From: Octopus bimaculoides
Taxonomy: Eukaryota
Assembly: GCF_001194135.2 (NCBI RefSeq)
Contig: NC_068996.1
Coordinates: forward strand, 49,725,952 to 49,788,539
Length of the DNA stretch: 62,588 nt
Reading direction: 5' to 3'
The stretch's first letter is position 1, and every line of letters begins with the position of its first letter. The notes under the pieces were generated by a model. It was not told where the DNA came from and did not search any database. It saw only the letters and a program-made list of their open reading frames with translations. The translations under genes were made by a program, and so were the position numbers. Positions 37,250 through 48,199 of the stretch are shown here, one piece after another.

Positions 37250-38640
37250 GTCATTTAATATCCAGCTTCTATGCTTATATGGGTTGAAGGGGGTTGAAAG
37301 GATCCAATGAGCCAGGGGACTGCATTGAGCTCCAATGTCTGTTTTGGCTTGGTTCCAACAGCTGGATGTCCTCTCTAAAGCCAACCACTTTATAGCATAC
37401 TGGGCATTTTTTATGTGGTGCAGAGGTTTATGGTGAATAGAAGAGAACTGAGTTCTGGTGAACTCCTACCAGTACACTAATTTCGTTACTATACTCTTCA
37501 TTAACTCTCACTTTACTGACAGTACCCCTGAATGTGGCTTGTATGGCTTTTATAAGTCATTCTTCTACCCTTAACATCTTCAAGGACAATCAATTGAATG
37601 AGTGACAGACCCTGTCGAAAGTTTTCTACAGGTTGACAAATAACTAATATAGTAGTCTATTTTTAGCTAAATACTTCTGTAGTTAATGGCTACTTTAATG
37701 TAGCTGTTCTCTAAGAGACAATGACACTGCCATTTAACCCTGGGAATACATCTCCAGCTGGTTTATTCTGTGCACTTCTCACACCTGATATTTATTGCAA
37801 GAATCTTACTGAATAAACCAGCTGGTGAAAATGTCTTCCTAGGGTTAAATGGCAGTATCATTGTCTCTTAGAGGACAGCCACATTAATGTGGCCATAAGC
37901 AATACTTTTTGGTTCATATACTGCTTCTATCTCGAACAGATTTTCTAACAGACTTCTGTAGTCGTCTTACAAGAAAGAGGGCATCAGAAGTACTTTTCCC
38001 TGACACAAAATCAAACTGCATCAATGCTTTTTCCTTAATTAGTTGAGCTGTATCTCAGTAATTTTCATGACTTAGTTCAGTAGTCTGATACCTCTTTCAT
38101 TACCTCTAAGTCATCTCTTTTACCCTTGTAACAGTTAACTATAATGCTGCAAACCAGTTGTTAGCAATAACACCTTTTTATACAAACTAATCAACTATAC
38201 AGGTGACTAAGCCATATCCCCTTCTGCCAGATATTTTAAGTATCTCAACAGTGATTCATAACAGACCAGGGACTGTTTATATCTTTTATTGCTTTATCTA
38301 TCATAATGCTGTCAACTAAGATAACTGGTCTCTCTGTTGAGTCCATGATGAGAACATCATCTTTCTCCTTTACATTCTCCACATTTAATAAACCTTTCAC
38401 AGTAACACTTCAATGCCTCTTTCTTTGCAGAATTACTAAATGCAGATGCATCTTTCCACACTTCTCACCCACAATATCTCAATTCTCTCTGATAGAAGAG
38501 GACAACATCAAGGATGTATGGATCTTTCATCGCATCAATGCAAAAGGACTTTGTAAGCTGTTTCAATTTTTTTCTCTCTGGAGGAAAATGTCTTTTATTC
38601 CATTTTATTTTCACAAAAAAAATTAGCAGCATGACTACTT
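37250..38640 (-). pseudogene. RTE LINE relic (pre-RT and RT domains, then deletion to the 3' UTR)
   Basis: SIIVNCYKGK, LQKYLAK, TFDRV, VSKVRVN.EYS, VGVHQNSVL motifs; UTR at 37250-37420. Confidence 0.75.
37687..37895. mobile_element. Foldback MITE with ~82-bp arms, probable PIF/Harbinger (Tourist-like)
   Basis: Arms 37687-37768 and 37811-37895 are near-perfect reverse complements; TAA on both flanks (37684-37686, 37896-37898). Confidence 0.7.
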
Positions 38641-38789
38641 TTTAAATTATCAAATGTCCCCTGTTGAATATTTGTCCAACCAAATTCAACAATTTTCTTG
38701 TGCAAATTCAAAAATATTTTGATCTTTGAGAATAATTTGGTAAATATCAACCATAAAAATTTACGATTCCTGAAAACAATCCTGTTTCT

Positions 38790-39112
38790 TTCTTAGATGT
38801 ACAAAGTAGGACTTTCACTGTTTCTTTTTCTGTTGCTACTGTGCCCAAATACACGACACACTTTGATACAAGTGTGTCACAAGTTTGTTACACATAGATA
38901 ATGAGCTTGGTTACCTGCAACTCATTAGCATGACATCCCTTGTTTTGTGTTGTTCAATTCACAAATTTTCTAATACCTAAGTAAAGAAATATAAACAAAA
39001 ATTCGGAAAACAGTGCGTCAAAAATTGAGTTTAAAGACAGGTTAAAAGAAGCAGAAAATGGTTTCAGTGAACCTCAATGCTGGGTGTGAAAGGGTAAGAT
39101 AAATGTTAAAAG
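38790..39112 (+). mobile_element. Second, inverted copy of the hAT 5' region and transposase start
   Basis: Aligns by eye to the reverse complement of about 34600-34940 (AAAGAAATATAAACAAAA, GAGTTTAAAGAC, ATGGTTTCAGTGAA, AAGATAAATGTTAA). Confidence 0.8.
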
Positions 39113-39189
39113 ATTTGCAAATCCAGCATGGAAGCTTTTTTGTGAAATGAAGTACCCAAAAATAATAACACTTCACTGTTAAGATATCA

Positions 39190-40590
39190 TCATCATCATC
39201 ACCATCATCATTTAGCATCCATTGTCCATACTGGCATGGGTTGGACGGTTTGACCAGAGCTGGCACACTGGAGAGCTGCACCAGACTCCAGTCTGATTTG
39301 ACATTGTTTCTATGGCTGCATACCCTTCCTAACTCCAACCACTTTACAGAGTGTACTGAGTACTTTTATGTGGCACTGCACAGGTGCTTTTACATGGCAC
39401 TGCAATGAGTGTTTTTCACCATCAGAGGAACCGGTCTTAACACTTTTGCTGCAGAGTGTTGGTCTTCTTGAGTACAGCAAGGTGCCAGGCATCTTGGCCA
39501 TTTGTCATCTTGCCTGAAAGGTTCAGTGTCCTGAGATCAATCTTCAGTACTTTGTCCCATATCTTCCTGGGTTTCCCACTTCTACATGTTCCATCTACTT
39601 TGAGGGATCAGTACTTCTTTATGGAACTATTGGCATCCATCCGCATTACATGACCAAAACAGCGCTGTTGTCTCTCATGCACACAGTAACTAATTCTTCT
39701 TAAGCCTAACTTCTCTCTCAAAACACTAGCTCTCTGTCGAACATGTATACTTACATTACACATCCAGAAGAGCATACTAGCCTCATTCCTTTCTAACCGT
39801 TGCATGACCTTTGCATTCAGGGGCCTCTGTCTCACTACCATGTAGAATTGCTGTCTGTATACATGCATCATGCAACTTTCCTTTCACTCAGAGAGAGAAA
39901 CCGTTTGTTGCCAACAGAGGTACCAGCTCTGTGAATTTCCTCCATCTTATTCTTATTCTAGCTATCACACTCTCCGTGCAGAAGTTATCTACTACCTCTA
40001 CTGAGTCACCAGGACTTTTGAGAGAATCAATTTCTTGGGTCTCTAAAGTTTTTATGGATCCTCTGTATCTTCCACGTACAAAAACTATCTTCTCTGATAA
40101 CCTTCTTATTGCATCTCTTGTGTGTCCATAGTTTACATTGGGTACACCATATGGAGATCCTGCCTACACCATTCCTGCAAATCAAACAGGACCACCTGCC
40201 TGAGGCAAGTAAGGTCCTGTCAGTTTTCTTGCTTTCTAGGATCTAAGTTAACCTTAAGGCCCTTAAATTCCAGGTTCTGCTTCTACACCTGGAATTTTTC
40301 TTCTAACTCTGATATAGAATCTGCTACGAGGGCAAGATCATCAGCATATAGTAGTTCCTAGGGGCTGCTGGTCTTGAATTCCTTCATTATGGCCTGAAGG
40401 ACAATGATGAAAAGGAAGGGAATAAGGACTGGGCCTTGATGAACCACTACCTGTACATCAAATTCTTTGCTGTACTTGTGGTTTAGTCTCACCTTACTGA
40501 CAGCATCTTTGTACATCTTTATGGCCTGTACAACTTTCACCAGCTGCTCATCTATCCCTAGCTTCCTCAGAGCCCACCATATCACACAGC
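39190..40590 (-). pseudogene. RTE LINE 3' half (RT domains 4-7, C-terminus, 3' UTR, (TGA)n tail)
   Basis: IWWALRKLGIDE, VHQGPVL.P.LFIIVLQA, ELLYADDLAL, RLERNEASML, RCFGHVMRM. Confidence 0.9.
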
Positions 40591-41007
40591 GAGGCAGCTG
40601 ATAAGATATATTTCTTTGAATTAATAGTTATATCACTCAGTCGATTCAATAAATCTTAATTGTCAGGTTCAATTCCTCTTGATAGTTGTATCCAAAGATA
40701 TGTCTTCTTGAAAGAATGTTTAATTTTTTATAGCATTCCTCAAAGTCTTTCCTGTGGTATATTGAAAGATGGCATTTGCAGATTTTTATGCCAAAAGATA
40801 TTTGTATTCATCTCAACAAACCAAACCAAGGTGTTAGCAACAGTGATATCAAATACTTGATTTTGGTGGAATGCAGCTCAAAGACTAAATTTTGCTGAGA
40901 AAAGTTAAAGTTCAAGTTTGTGAGAGAAAGACAGGTTCAAAATTAGTGGTTTACTAAAAGTTCAATCAAATCTTGTAATTAATGCCTATCCTGTAGTCAC
41001 CAGGTTT

Positions 41008-41042
<35 letters not shown>

Positions 41043-41175
41043 TGACGACGACGATGACCACCACCACCACCACCACCATCACCACCACTACTACTATTGC
41101 TAATACCGCTGCTAATACTGCTGCTGCTGCTAGTGCCATCGCTAATGCCACCACCACCACTACTACTACTGCTGT
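41008..41175. repeat. Compound trinucleotide tract (ACT)n(GAC)n(ACC)n(GCT)n
   Basis: Direct reading. Confidence 0.9.
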
Positions 41176-41344
41176 TGCCAGCTTGTACTACTTGGACATA
41201 ATTGAATATTCTCTGTTAACATTTTAACATTTAAACCAGCCTTATCTGGCTCAAATAGCCTACCTGTTTTATGTTACATGGAGTTTCAAATACAAATGAG
41301 GAATAAATATGCAGTGAAGAAAAGAAAAAACGAACATACTAGCC

Positions 41345-41440
41345 AATCATCATCATCATCATCATCATCATCGTTTAACGTCCGCTTTCCATGCTAGCAT
41401 GGGTTGGACGATTTGATTGAGGACTGGTGAAACCGGATGT
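41345..41440 (-). mobile_element. RTE tail fragment
   Basis: (CAT)n GTTTAACGTCCGCTTTCCATGCTAGCATGGG. Confidence 0.8.
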
Positions 41441-41935
41441 CAACACTATTTTTTCTGACAAATACAAGAGACAACTTTGGACATATTTCAGGCTTATTTT
41501 GACCTCATCAACAAAAACATTGACTTCACCATACTTGAAATGGTGATGAAAGCATTAGTAAATATACAAAACTGTACAAAGGTGCTTTTATGAAGGTTGG
41601 CGGGTGGTTTACTAGAAACAACAGCCAAAGTCCTTTCAAACCACACCTTAGAAAAAAACAGGCCATGTTAGGGATTGTAGTCCTGCATACTTTGTGTCTT
41701 AAATTAACCCATTAATGCATAATGTCTCCAAAATAGGACAGTCAGAATATTGCACAATACAATGAAATATTAATTTACATTTTAAACTACGTTTTTGAGA
41801 AGCAAATATCACATACAACCAAGCTTGCTTCTATATTACTATTTCTTCAATGTTATGTAACTGTAATTACTTGTAGAACAATTAAACTTTATGAATCAAT
41901 TTATTAAGATGAGATGGTCATTAAGAACAACAAGA

Positions 41936-42197
41936 CTCTCTTTTACTCTTTTACTTGTTTCAGTCATTTGACTGCGGCCATGCTGGAGCACCGCCTTTAG
42001 TCGAGCAAATCGACCCCAGGACTTATTCTTTGGAAGTCTAATACTTATTCTGTCGGTCCCTTTTGGCAAACCGCTAAGTTACGGGGACGTAAACACACCA
42101 CCATCGGTTGTCAAGCGATGTTGGGGAGACAAACACAGATACACACAAACATATACACAAACATACATACATATATATATGTATGTATATATATATA

Positions 42198-42237
<40 letters not shown>

Positions 42238-42403
42238 TACGACGGGCTTCTTTCAGTTTCCATCTACCAAATCCACTCACAAGGCTTTGGTCGGCCTGAG
42301 GCTATAGTAGAAGACACTTGCCCAAGGTGCCACGCAGTGAGAATGAACCCGGAAGCATGTGGTTGGTAAGCAAGCTGCTTACCACACAGCCACTCCTGCG
42401 CCT
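41936..42403 (-). mobile_element. SINE family A full, young copy
   Basis: (CTCTTTTA)n tail; CpGs intact. Confidence 0.9.
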
Positions 42404-42515
42404 GCTGTAAAATTATACTTATTAGCATAAATAGAATTATTTATAATTCAAATTATTCAAAAAAAATTTACATGGAAAAGAATTTTTGATTACTGCAGGC
42501 CTTTTATTTTCTCAT

Positions 42516-42765
42516 GGGTGCACGTGGCTTAGTGGTTAGGGGTGTTGGACTCATGATTGTAAGATTGTGGTTATGATTCCTGGGCCGGGCGATGCGTTAC
42601 ATCCTTGAGCAAAACACTTCATTTCACATTGCTCCATTTCACTCAGCTGCAAAAAGTGAGTAACCCTGCAACAGATCGGCGTCCAGTCCAGGTGAGGAAT
42701 TTCTACGCCACCGAAACTAGGAAACTGGCCCTTATAAGCCTGGTATGGTTCAAGAAGGAGACATT
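42516..42765 (+). mobile_element. SINE family C full copy
   Basis: GTGGCTTAGTGGTTAG head; CCTTGAGCAAAACACTT; ACCCTGCAACAGATCGGCGTCCAGTCCAGG (Meta/V-like). Confidence 0.75.
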
Positions 42766-42811
42766 TCTTCTTTTTATTTTTACTCACTGCACATATTTGT
42801 ATTCTTTTATT

Positions 42812-43299
<488 letters not shown>

Positions 43300-43328
43300 T
43301 GTTTTATTAATAGTTAGTTTTATGGAAG

Positions 43329-43768
43329 TTTTAGCACTCAGATTACTTTCTTAAATTCAATGTTTATTTACTCATATTGTTTTGAATTAATCATGAATTA
43401 TTATCTCATAGCTTTGAAATTCTGATGATGTGACTGTTTAGTTTTAGAAAGACATTGTAGGGAAAGTGTAAGATGCCAGATCTGGCCAGTTTGAGTATAA
43501 AACAGGTTGAATATTTGGGCTGGATATGACTGAATTAAATGTCAACCCTTGAGCATTCAGGTTATTCTGTCAAATATAATGCTTATTTATTCTCATTATT
43601 TTGAATTAATCACACATTATCTCATAGCTTTAACATTTTGACCATGTGATTGTTTAGCTTTAGAGTGATATTTTAGAGTAGTTGTCAGAAGTTGGATCTG
43701 GTACTTTCAGTATAAAACAGAAATAATATTTCGACTGGATATGGCTAGTTTAAATGCTAAAGGGTTAT
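43329..43768 (-). mobile_element. Tandem dimer of piggyBac-type MITE P1
   Basis: Two reverse-oriented units joined at TCAA|CCCTTGAGCATTCAG (~43542); ends AAATGCTAAAGGG. Confidence 0.7.
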
Positions 43769-43877
43769 ATATGTTAACACTAAAACTAAAGGTCACTTAT
43801 TGTTTTTCAGGTAAATGATATCTCTTGAATGACTTAATCAATCTTTAGATCTACTCATTTAGTGATGTTATGTGACA

Positions 43878-44039
43878 TGTTAGCACTATATTGTTGTGGT
43901 GGCATAGCACAGCCATGCTGCACCTAAAACTCACGCTTCACTGCTAGGTCACATGTATCCTTCCACAGCCAGCAGTAATTGGTTGCTTTGGGTGTAGCAC
44001 AACTGTGCCAAGCCACCACAGCAAAATAGTGCATATACA
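43878..44039. repeat. Imperfect ~160-bp palindrome built from Gypsy LTR sequence
   Basis: TGTTAGCACTATATTGTTGTGGTGGC... versus ...GCCACCACAGCAAAATAGTGCATATACA. Confidence 0.8.
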
Positions 44040-44127
44040 TGAAAAGGAAAACAGCATGAATGCATTAAGCAGGAAAAAAATACAATACGACAACAAGCCC
44101 AAAGGGCCAGTTCATATATATACAGCT

Positions 44128-44762
44128 TTATATGGTTTCTTATGCCAATAGACATGATGACCACTGCGGGTTGTTGTGATGTCTGTTGGTGGAGATGGGG
44201 AAGGTGTGTGTAGCTGAGCTTGTGGTGAGTATGATGGTGCAATATTTGTTTCCTGTTGTACAGTGTACGAAGGAGGGAGTATGAGGCTCTGGTGTGAGAG
44301 TGTCTATATAGGTCTGCTTAAGTCTATCGACCAAGACTGTTTCTCGGAAACCATTCAAGTCTATGGTGAAATGAAAATTGGTGCATGCCAACAAGCAATA
44401 AGGTCCTGAGTAAGGGGTGGGGAGTGAGAGGACTCCTCACTGCGTCCTTATGTACAAAAATGTGAGTCCGTAAGGCAATAACGCTCGGGACCAAAGATTT
44501 TACTGTTTGATGTTGAGTGCTCATTGGTGGCAGTTCTTGAAAATATGCATACAGGCGGTTAACATAAAGTGCTGGATCTTGAATAGTAAGATCAACTGGA
44601 GCAAGCATCTGTCCTGGCAAAGACAAGGGAGCACCATAAAGCAGCTCAGATGGAGAGAAACCAAGGCCTTCCTTAACCGATGTTTGAATACAGAGGAGAA
44701 CAATAGGAAGATACTCAGTCCAATGCAGAGTATCAAGAGAGGCTGACAAAGCAGCTTTCAGT
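44128..44762 (-). pseudogene. Ty3/Gypsy integrase C-terminal relic
   Basis: LKAAL, WTEYLPIVLL.I.TSVKE.LGFSPSELLYG..L.LPG, HIFVHKDAVR.PL, VDRLK, TTRSG.HV.W. Confidence 0.9.
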
Positions 44763-44778
44763 TTGCAGGAGGGTATCA

Positions 44779-45038
44779 TGTTAGCACTATTTTGTTGTGG
44801 TGGCATAGTACAGTCGTGCTATGTCCAAAATATCCAATCACTGCTGGCCATGGAAGGATACATGTGACCCAGCGGTGAAGTACAAGTTTTGAGAGGCAAT
44901 AATCAGCTCCTGAGAAGACATTGAGATGTAAACACATCAGTTGTTCGTCCAAATGACAAAATGTTGCTGAATTAACACCAATCAGAAAACAGCATTCACA
45001 CAACTATGGGATTTCTGTCTCACCTCACGACCACTACA
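44779..45038 (+). mobile_element. Gypsy LTR preceded by a polypurine tract
   Basis: AGGAGGGTATCA|TGTTAGCAC...CACGACCACTACA (TG..CA); first ~115 bp match the inverted copy at 43925-44039. Confidence 0.6.
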
Positions 45039-45270
45039 AAACTCATTGGATATTTTAGATTTTCAGCCAAGTACTGAATCTAACTACCTTGATGTTTATT
45101 AAGGAATTAACTCATGTCTTGCTACACCCTGTTGCCTTGAACACTTATTTCTGTTGTGCCTACTACTTCATGTGTGATCAAGGAATAAATCGTTATGTTT
45201 ATTAACAAAAAAAAAACATTGCCTTCTGATATTTATCGTTACTATCATGTAAAACATACATTTATACATT

Positions 45271-45725
45271 TGTAGGAAAATGTGATTTAGCACTTGCTGG
45301 GTGCTTTACAATTCCATACGTAGTTCATGGAAGGAAAAAGCGAGGACAAAATCTCTCTGAACAAATAACAATGATAATTTATTTTGCCTGAATAAGCATC
45401 TTATCTCTGGACATCGGTAACCTGGACACCTTGGTGTGGAAGCAGCAGGGTTGGTAGTTAGATACAACACAAAAATATGAAGGCATTTTCACAGACTCGC
45501 AACATCGCTCGCCATCAGAATTCCAGCTCCACGGAGCTGGTCTAAGTTGCGTCCTGCCAGGTCAACAGCCAGGGCCGAAGAGGGTGAATGGCAGTGAAGC
45601 CTAGCTGCTGCTGATGATTGTGCATGCGCATAAGGGGCTTCCCTTAGATCTCCGGAAAGCTCTAATCCTATGCGCATGCATGGATGAATGTTCCAAAATG
45701 GCGTCTAGAACCAGGCGTCATTACA
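45271..45725 (-). mobile_element. Solo LTR, 455 bp
   Basis: TGTA...TACA termini; 4-bp TSD CATT (45267-45270, 45726-45729); AATAAA on the minus strand near 45380; CpG-rich. Confidence 0.75.
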
Positions 45726-45809
45726 CATTTCAAACCTTCTTACATGCACACACCTAAATATACTTTTCTAAAGTGGTAATCCTAATTCTTAATTTTCCTC
45801 TTGTTACAG

Positions 45810-45867
45810 TGACAATATACACACAGGAAGGCTGTTTCAAAACATTATGCAATGTTCTGCTGTGGAA
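45810..45867 (+). other. Candidate 58-nt internal exon of an unidentified gene
   Basis: CTAAT branch point (45782-45786), TTTTCCTCTTGTTACAG acceptor, GAA|GTGAGT donor; two open frames (DNIHTGRLFQNIMQCSAVE or VTIYTQEGCFKTLCNVLLW). Confidence 0.3.
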
Positions 45868-46699
45868 GTGAGTGTGAGAACAAAGATTATAGAAAGAAAA
45901 TACAGAAAGTAGGCAGACATCCGAAAAATAAAATAATTGTGAAAAATTATTCCTAATAAGAGAAGTTATGGCTGTTTTTGCCTGGTAAGCGACAGGAAAC
46001 GCTCCTCTGTCTTTCATTCAATTGTTGAGCAAGATCTCACTTCTAAAGGGCTTCCATTTTAAAACAGGTAAAACAGGTATTAATGTCAAGGGCTATCTTG
46101 TAAAATTTGAAATGTTTGTTTGGTAAGTAGTAGATATTTAACAATCCAAATGTAGACATGAAGCATTAGAAAGCTAATTATAAATAGATAAATGTGGTGT
46201 GTGAAAAAAAGTACTACAGATGTGATATCAGCTTATCCACCTTTCAAATGCATGGAAGATGATAAAGATGATATTAAAAAAAATTGTTTAGTGAGGAAAA
46301 CAGCGTGTGACCAACAGTACTGTGGTCAACAATTGTCTCTTTAGAAACTTGTAACCAATTGTATCAAATAAACGGAAGCCCATGGGAGCAAAAAGAGCTA
46401 TGTGGTTTGGATGTTTTCTTCCTACTTGTGGTTCCTGTTTCAATCTCACTGCACAGCCCTTTGGGAAAATGTATTTTCTACTATAGCCTCAGATTAACAA
46501 ATGCTTTATGAGAGGAATTAAGTTGATTGAAACTGTGGAAGATTTTCATACATACATACATACATATATATATATATATATTTGTATTCTATTTGCATTT
46601 ATTGGTGTCTAATTGTTGAAAATAGTTAACTAAATTCTTTTAAAACTGAATTCTTTATTGATATCTGCCTGGATTTTTTAATCCCTTTTTTCTTATATA

Positions 46700-46790
46700 T
46701 ATGGTGCAGCCATTGGCTCTCCAGACCTCAGTCAAACCATCCAACCCATGCCAGCATGGAAAATGGATGTTAAACAATGATGATGATATT
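46700..46790 (+). mobile_element. RTE tail fragment followed by (CATA)n to about 46870
   Basis: CAAACCATCCAACCCATGCCAGCATGGAAAATGGATGTTAAACAATGATGATG. Confidence 0.75.
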
Positions 46791-46998
46791 ATACATACAT
46801 ACATACAAACATACATACATACATACATACATACATACATACATACATACATACATACATACATACATGCGTACATACATATATTTATATATATACATAC
46901 ACAAGTAAGCACAGAAATGCAAAACAAGGTGGAAAAATAGTACTCGAATACAAAAGGTGGAGTAATATGCTTTTATTAAAGCTGCAAAAATTTTCACA

Positions 46999-47040
46999 AA
47001 CTGTTACTCAAAGTTTCCCGTTACTGTTCATCAGAGAGTT
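46999..47040 (-). ncRNA. Hammerhead-like motif with short stem II and 2-bp stem III
   Basis: Minus strand AACTCT-CTGATGA-A-CAG taa CGG-GAAA-CT ttg AG-TA-ACAGTT; one mismatch each in stems I and II. Confidence 0.45.
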
Positions 47041-47631
47041 GTAATCATACTAAATTAAAGTTAGTATGATCACAACTGTGATCTTCCAGGAAAATGTTAT
47101 AACTTTCCATCACCTTTTATCCTATTTTCAAATTGTAAATTTAACCGGAATATATTCAGTGCTGAATTTTATTCTGTATAAACACATGTACCGAGATGCA
47201 ATTCGAAAAGCCCGCCTCTTACATGGATATATAAGTGTGAACAATTCTATGTACTATGCTGGATACATTTGGTGTTCGTCTGGTATGTTGATTTTTTGTT
47301 CATTTTTATGTGTCTTGATTATGCCTGCACTGACGATTAAAAAGTGCATTTTTTGCACTAATTATGAAATCCTATGATCTGCAGCTGAATCTGTTTTTAA
47401 AAGGCTCACTTCAAGAGTTGCATTCCCTTGTGTTCAGTACAATATGTTTATTATGGTAGTTTTGACTTTAAGAGTCCCCCCCTAGCATGAAGCATTTATG
47501 TATAGTAATGTCCTTAATATAGATAAATATATTTAATGGGAATAATTAATAAATTTTTCCCTTATGAGGTTTTTCACACTAACTACTTGATAAATTCTTA
47601 CAAAGATTTTATCCTATTTTTAAATTGTATA

Positions 47632-48060
47632 TGTTGTTATTATTTGTATATTCTCCCACATATAATACACGCTCACGTGGTCGCACCAGCTAATCCTGTC
47701 TCCTCTCATCACACACTACCAACTTTTGGATTCTACCTTCTTTCCTTCTGGATCTGGACTGTTTGATTCTGAACTTTATACCCTCCGGCTGCACCTCTCC
47801 TACCCACGGATTACACTGGACCCATCTTCTGATTGGAAATCGCTTCAATATACCACGACGTCTAAAAAACTTTTGAACTTTTCCACTTTTGTAAACCTCC
47901 TTTATCATCCTTTTTTCTCCTTGTCTCCGTATTCTTTCTGTTGAAGAGCGTAGCTCGAAACGTCAAAGACTTTCCGTATTCCCGAGCGTCATACTAATAT
48001 ATACTTTTGTTATTTACACCACCTGTCCTCGTCTGTTGTTATTATTTGTATATTCTCCCA
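47632..48060 (+). mobile_element. Non-coding Penelope-like unit, 402 bp plus 27-bp terminal redundancy
   Basis: TGTTGTTATTATTTGTATATTCTCCCA at 47632-47658 and 48034-48060; contains a hammerhead motif; GAGCGTC..CTAATA shared with the tails at 26930 and 32600. Confidence 0.65.
47933..47969 (+). ncRNA. Minimal hammerhead-like motif, dimer-type, with CUGUUGA core variant
   Basis: TCTTT-CTGTTGA-A-GAGC gta GCTC-GAAAC-GTC-AAAGA; stems I and II fully paired; ACGT palindrome in place of stem III. Confidence 0.6.
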
Positions 48061-48199
48061 TATATATATGATTGCTTCATTTTGACAGATGATAGCCGTC
48101 CCATCAACACATCATACCCCTTCACACACCACAATCCCTCTGTTGATGAGCCCTCAGATGAAGTTTAAGAGCAGCTGCTGACTGACAGTGTTTAAAACA

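Noticed and set aside
40600-40960. Possible Penelope GIY-YIG remnant or exon
   Set aside because: All frames are interrupted and no diagnostic motif could be read.
45810-45983. Resemblance of spliced peptides to phospholipase A2 (YGCFC) or tetraspanin (IYTQEGC)
   Set aside because: Matches are only 4-6 residues, with no further conserved cysteine pattern.
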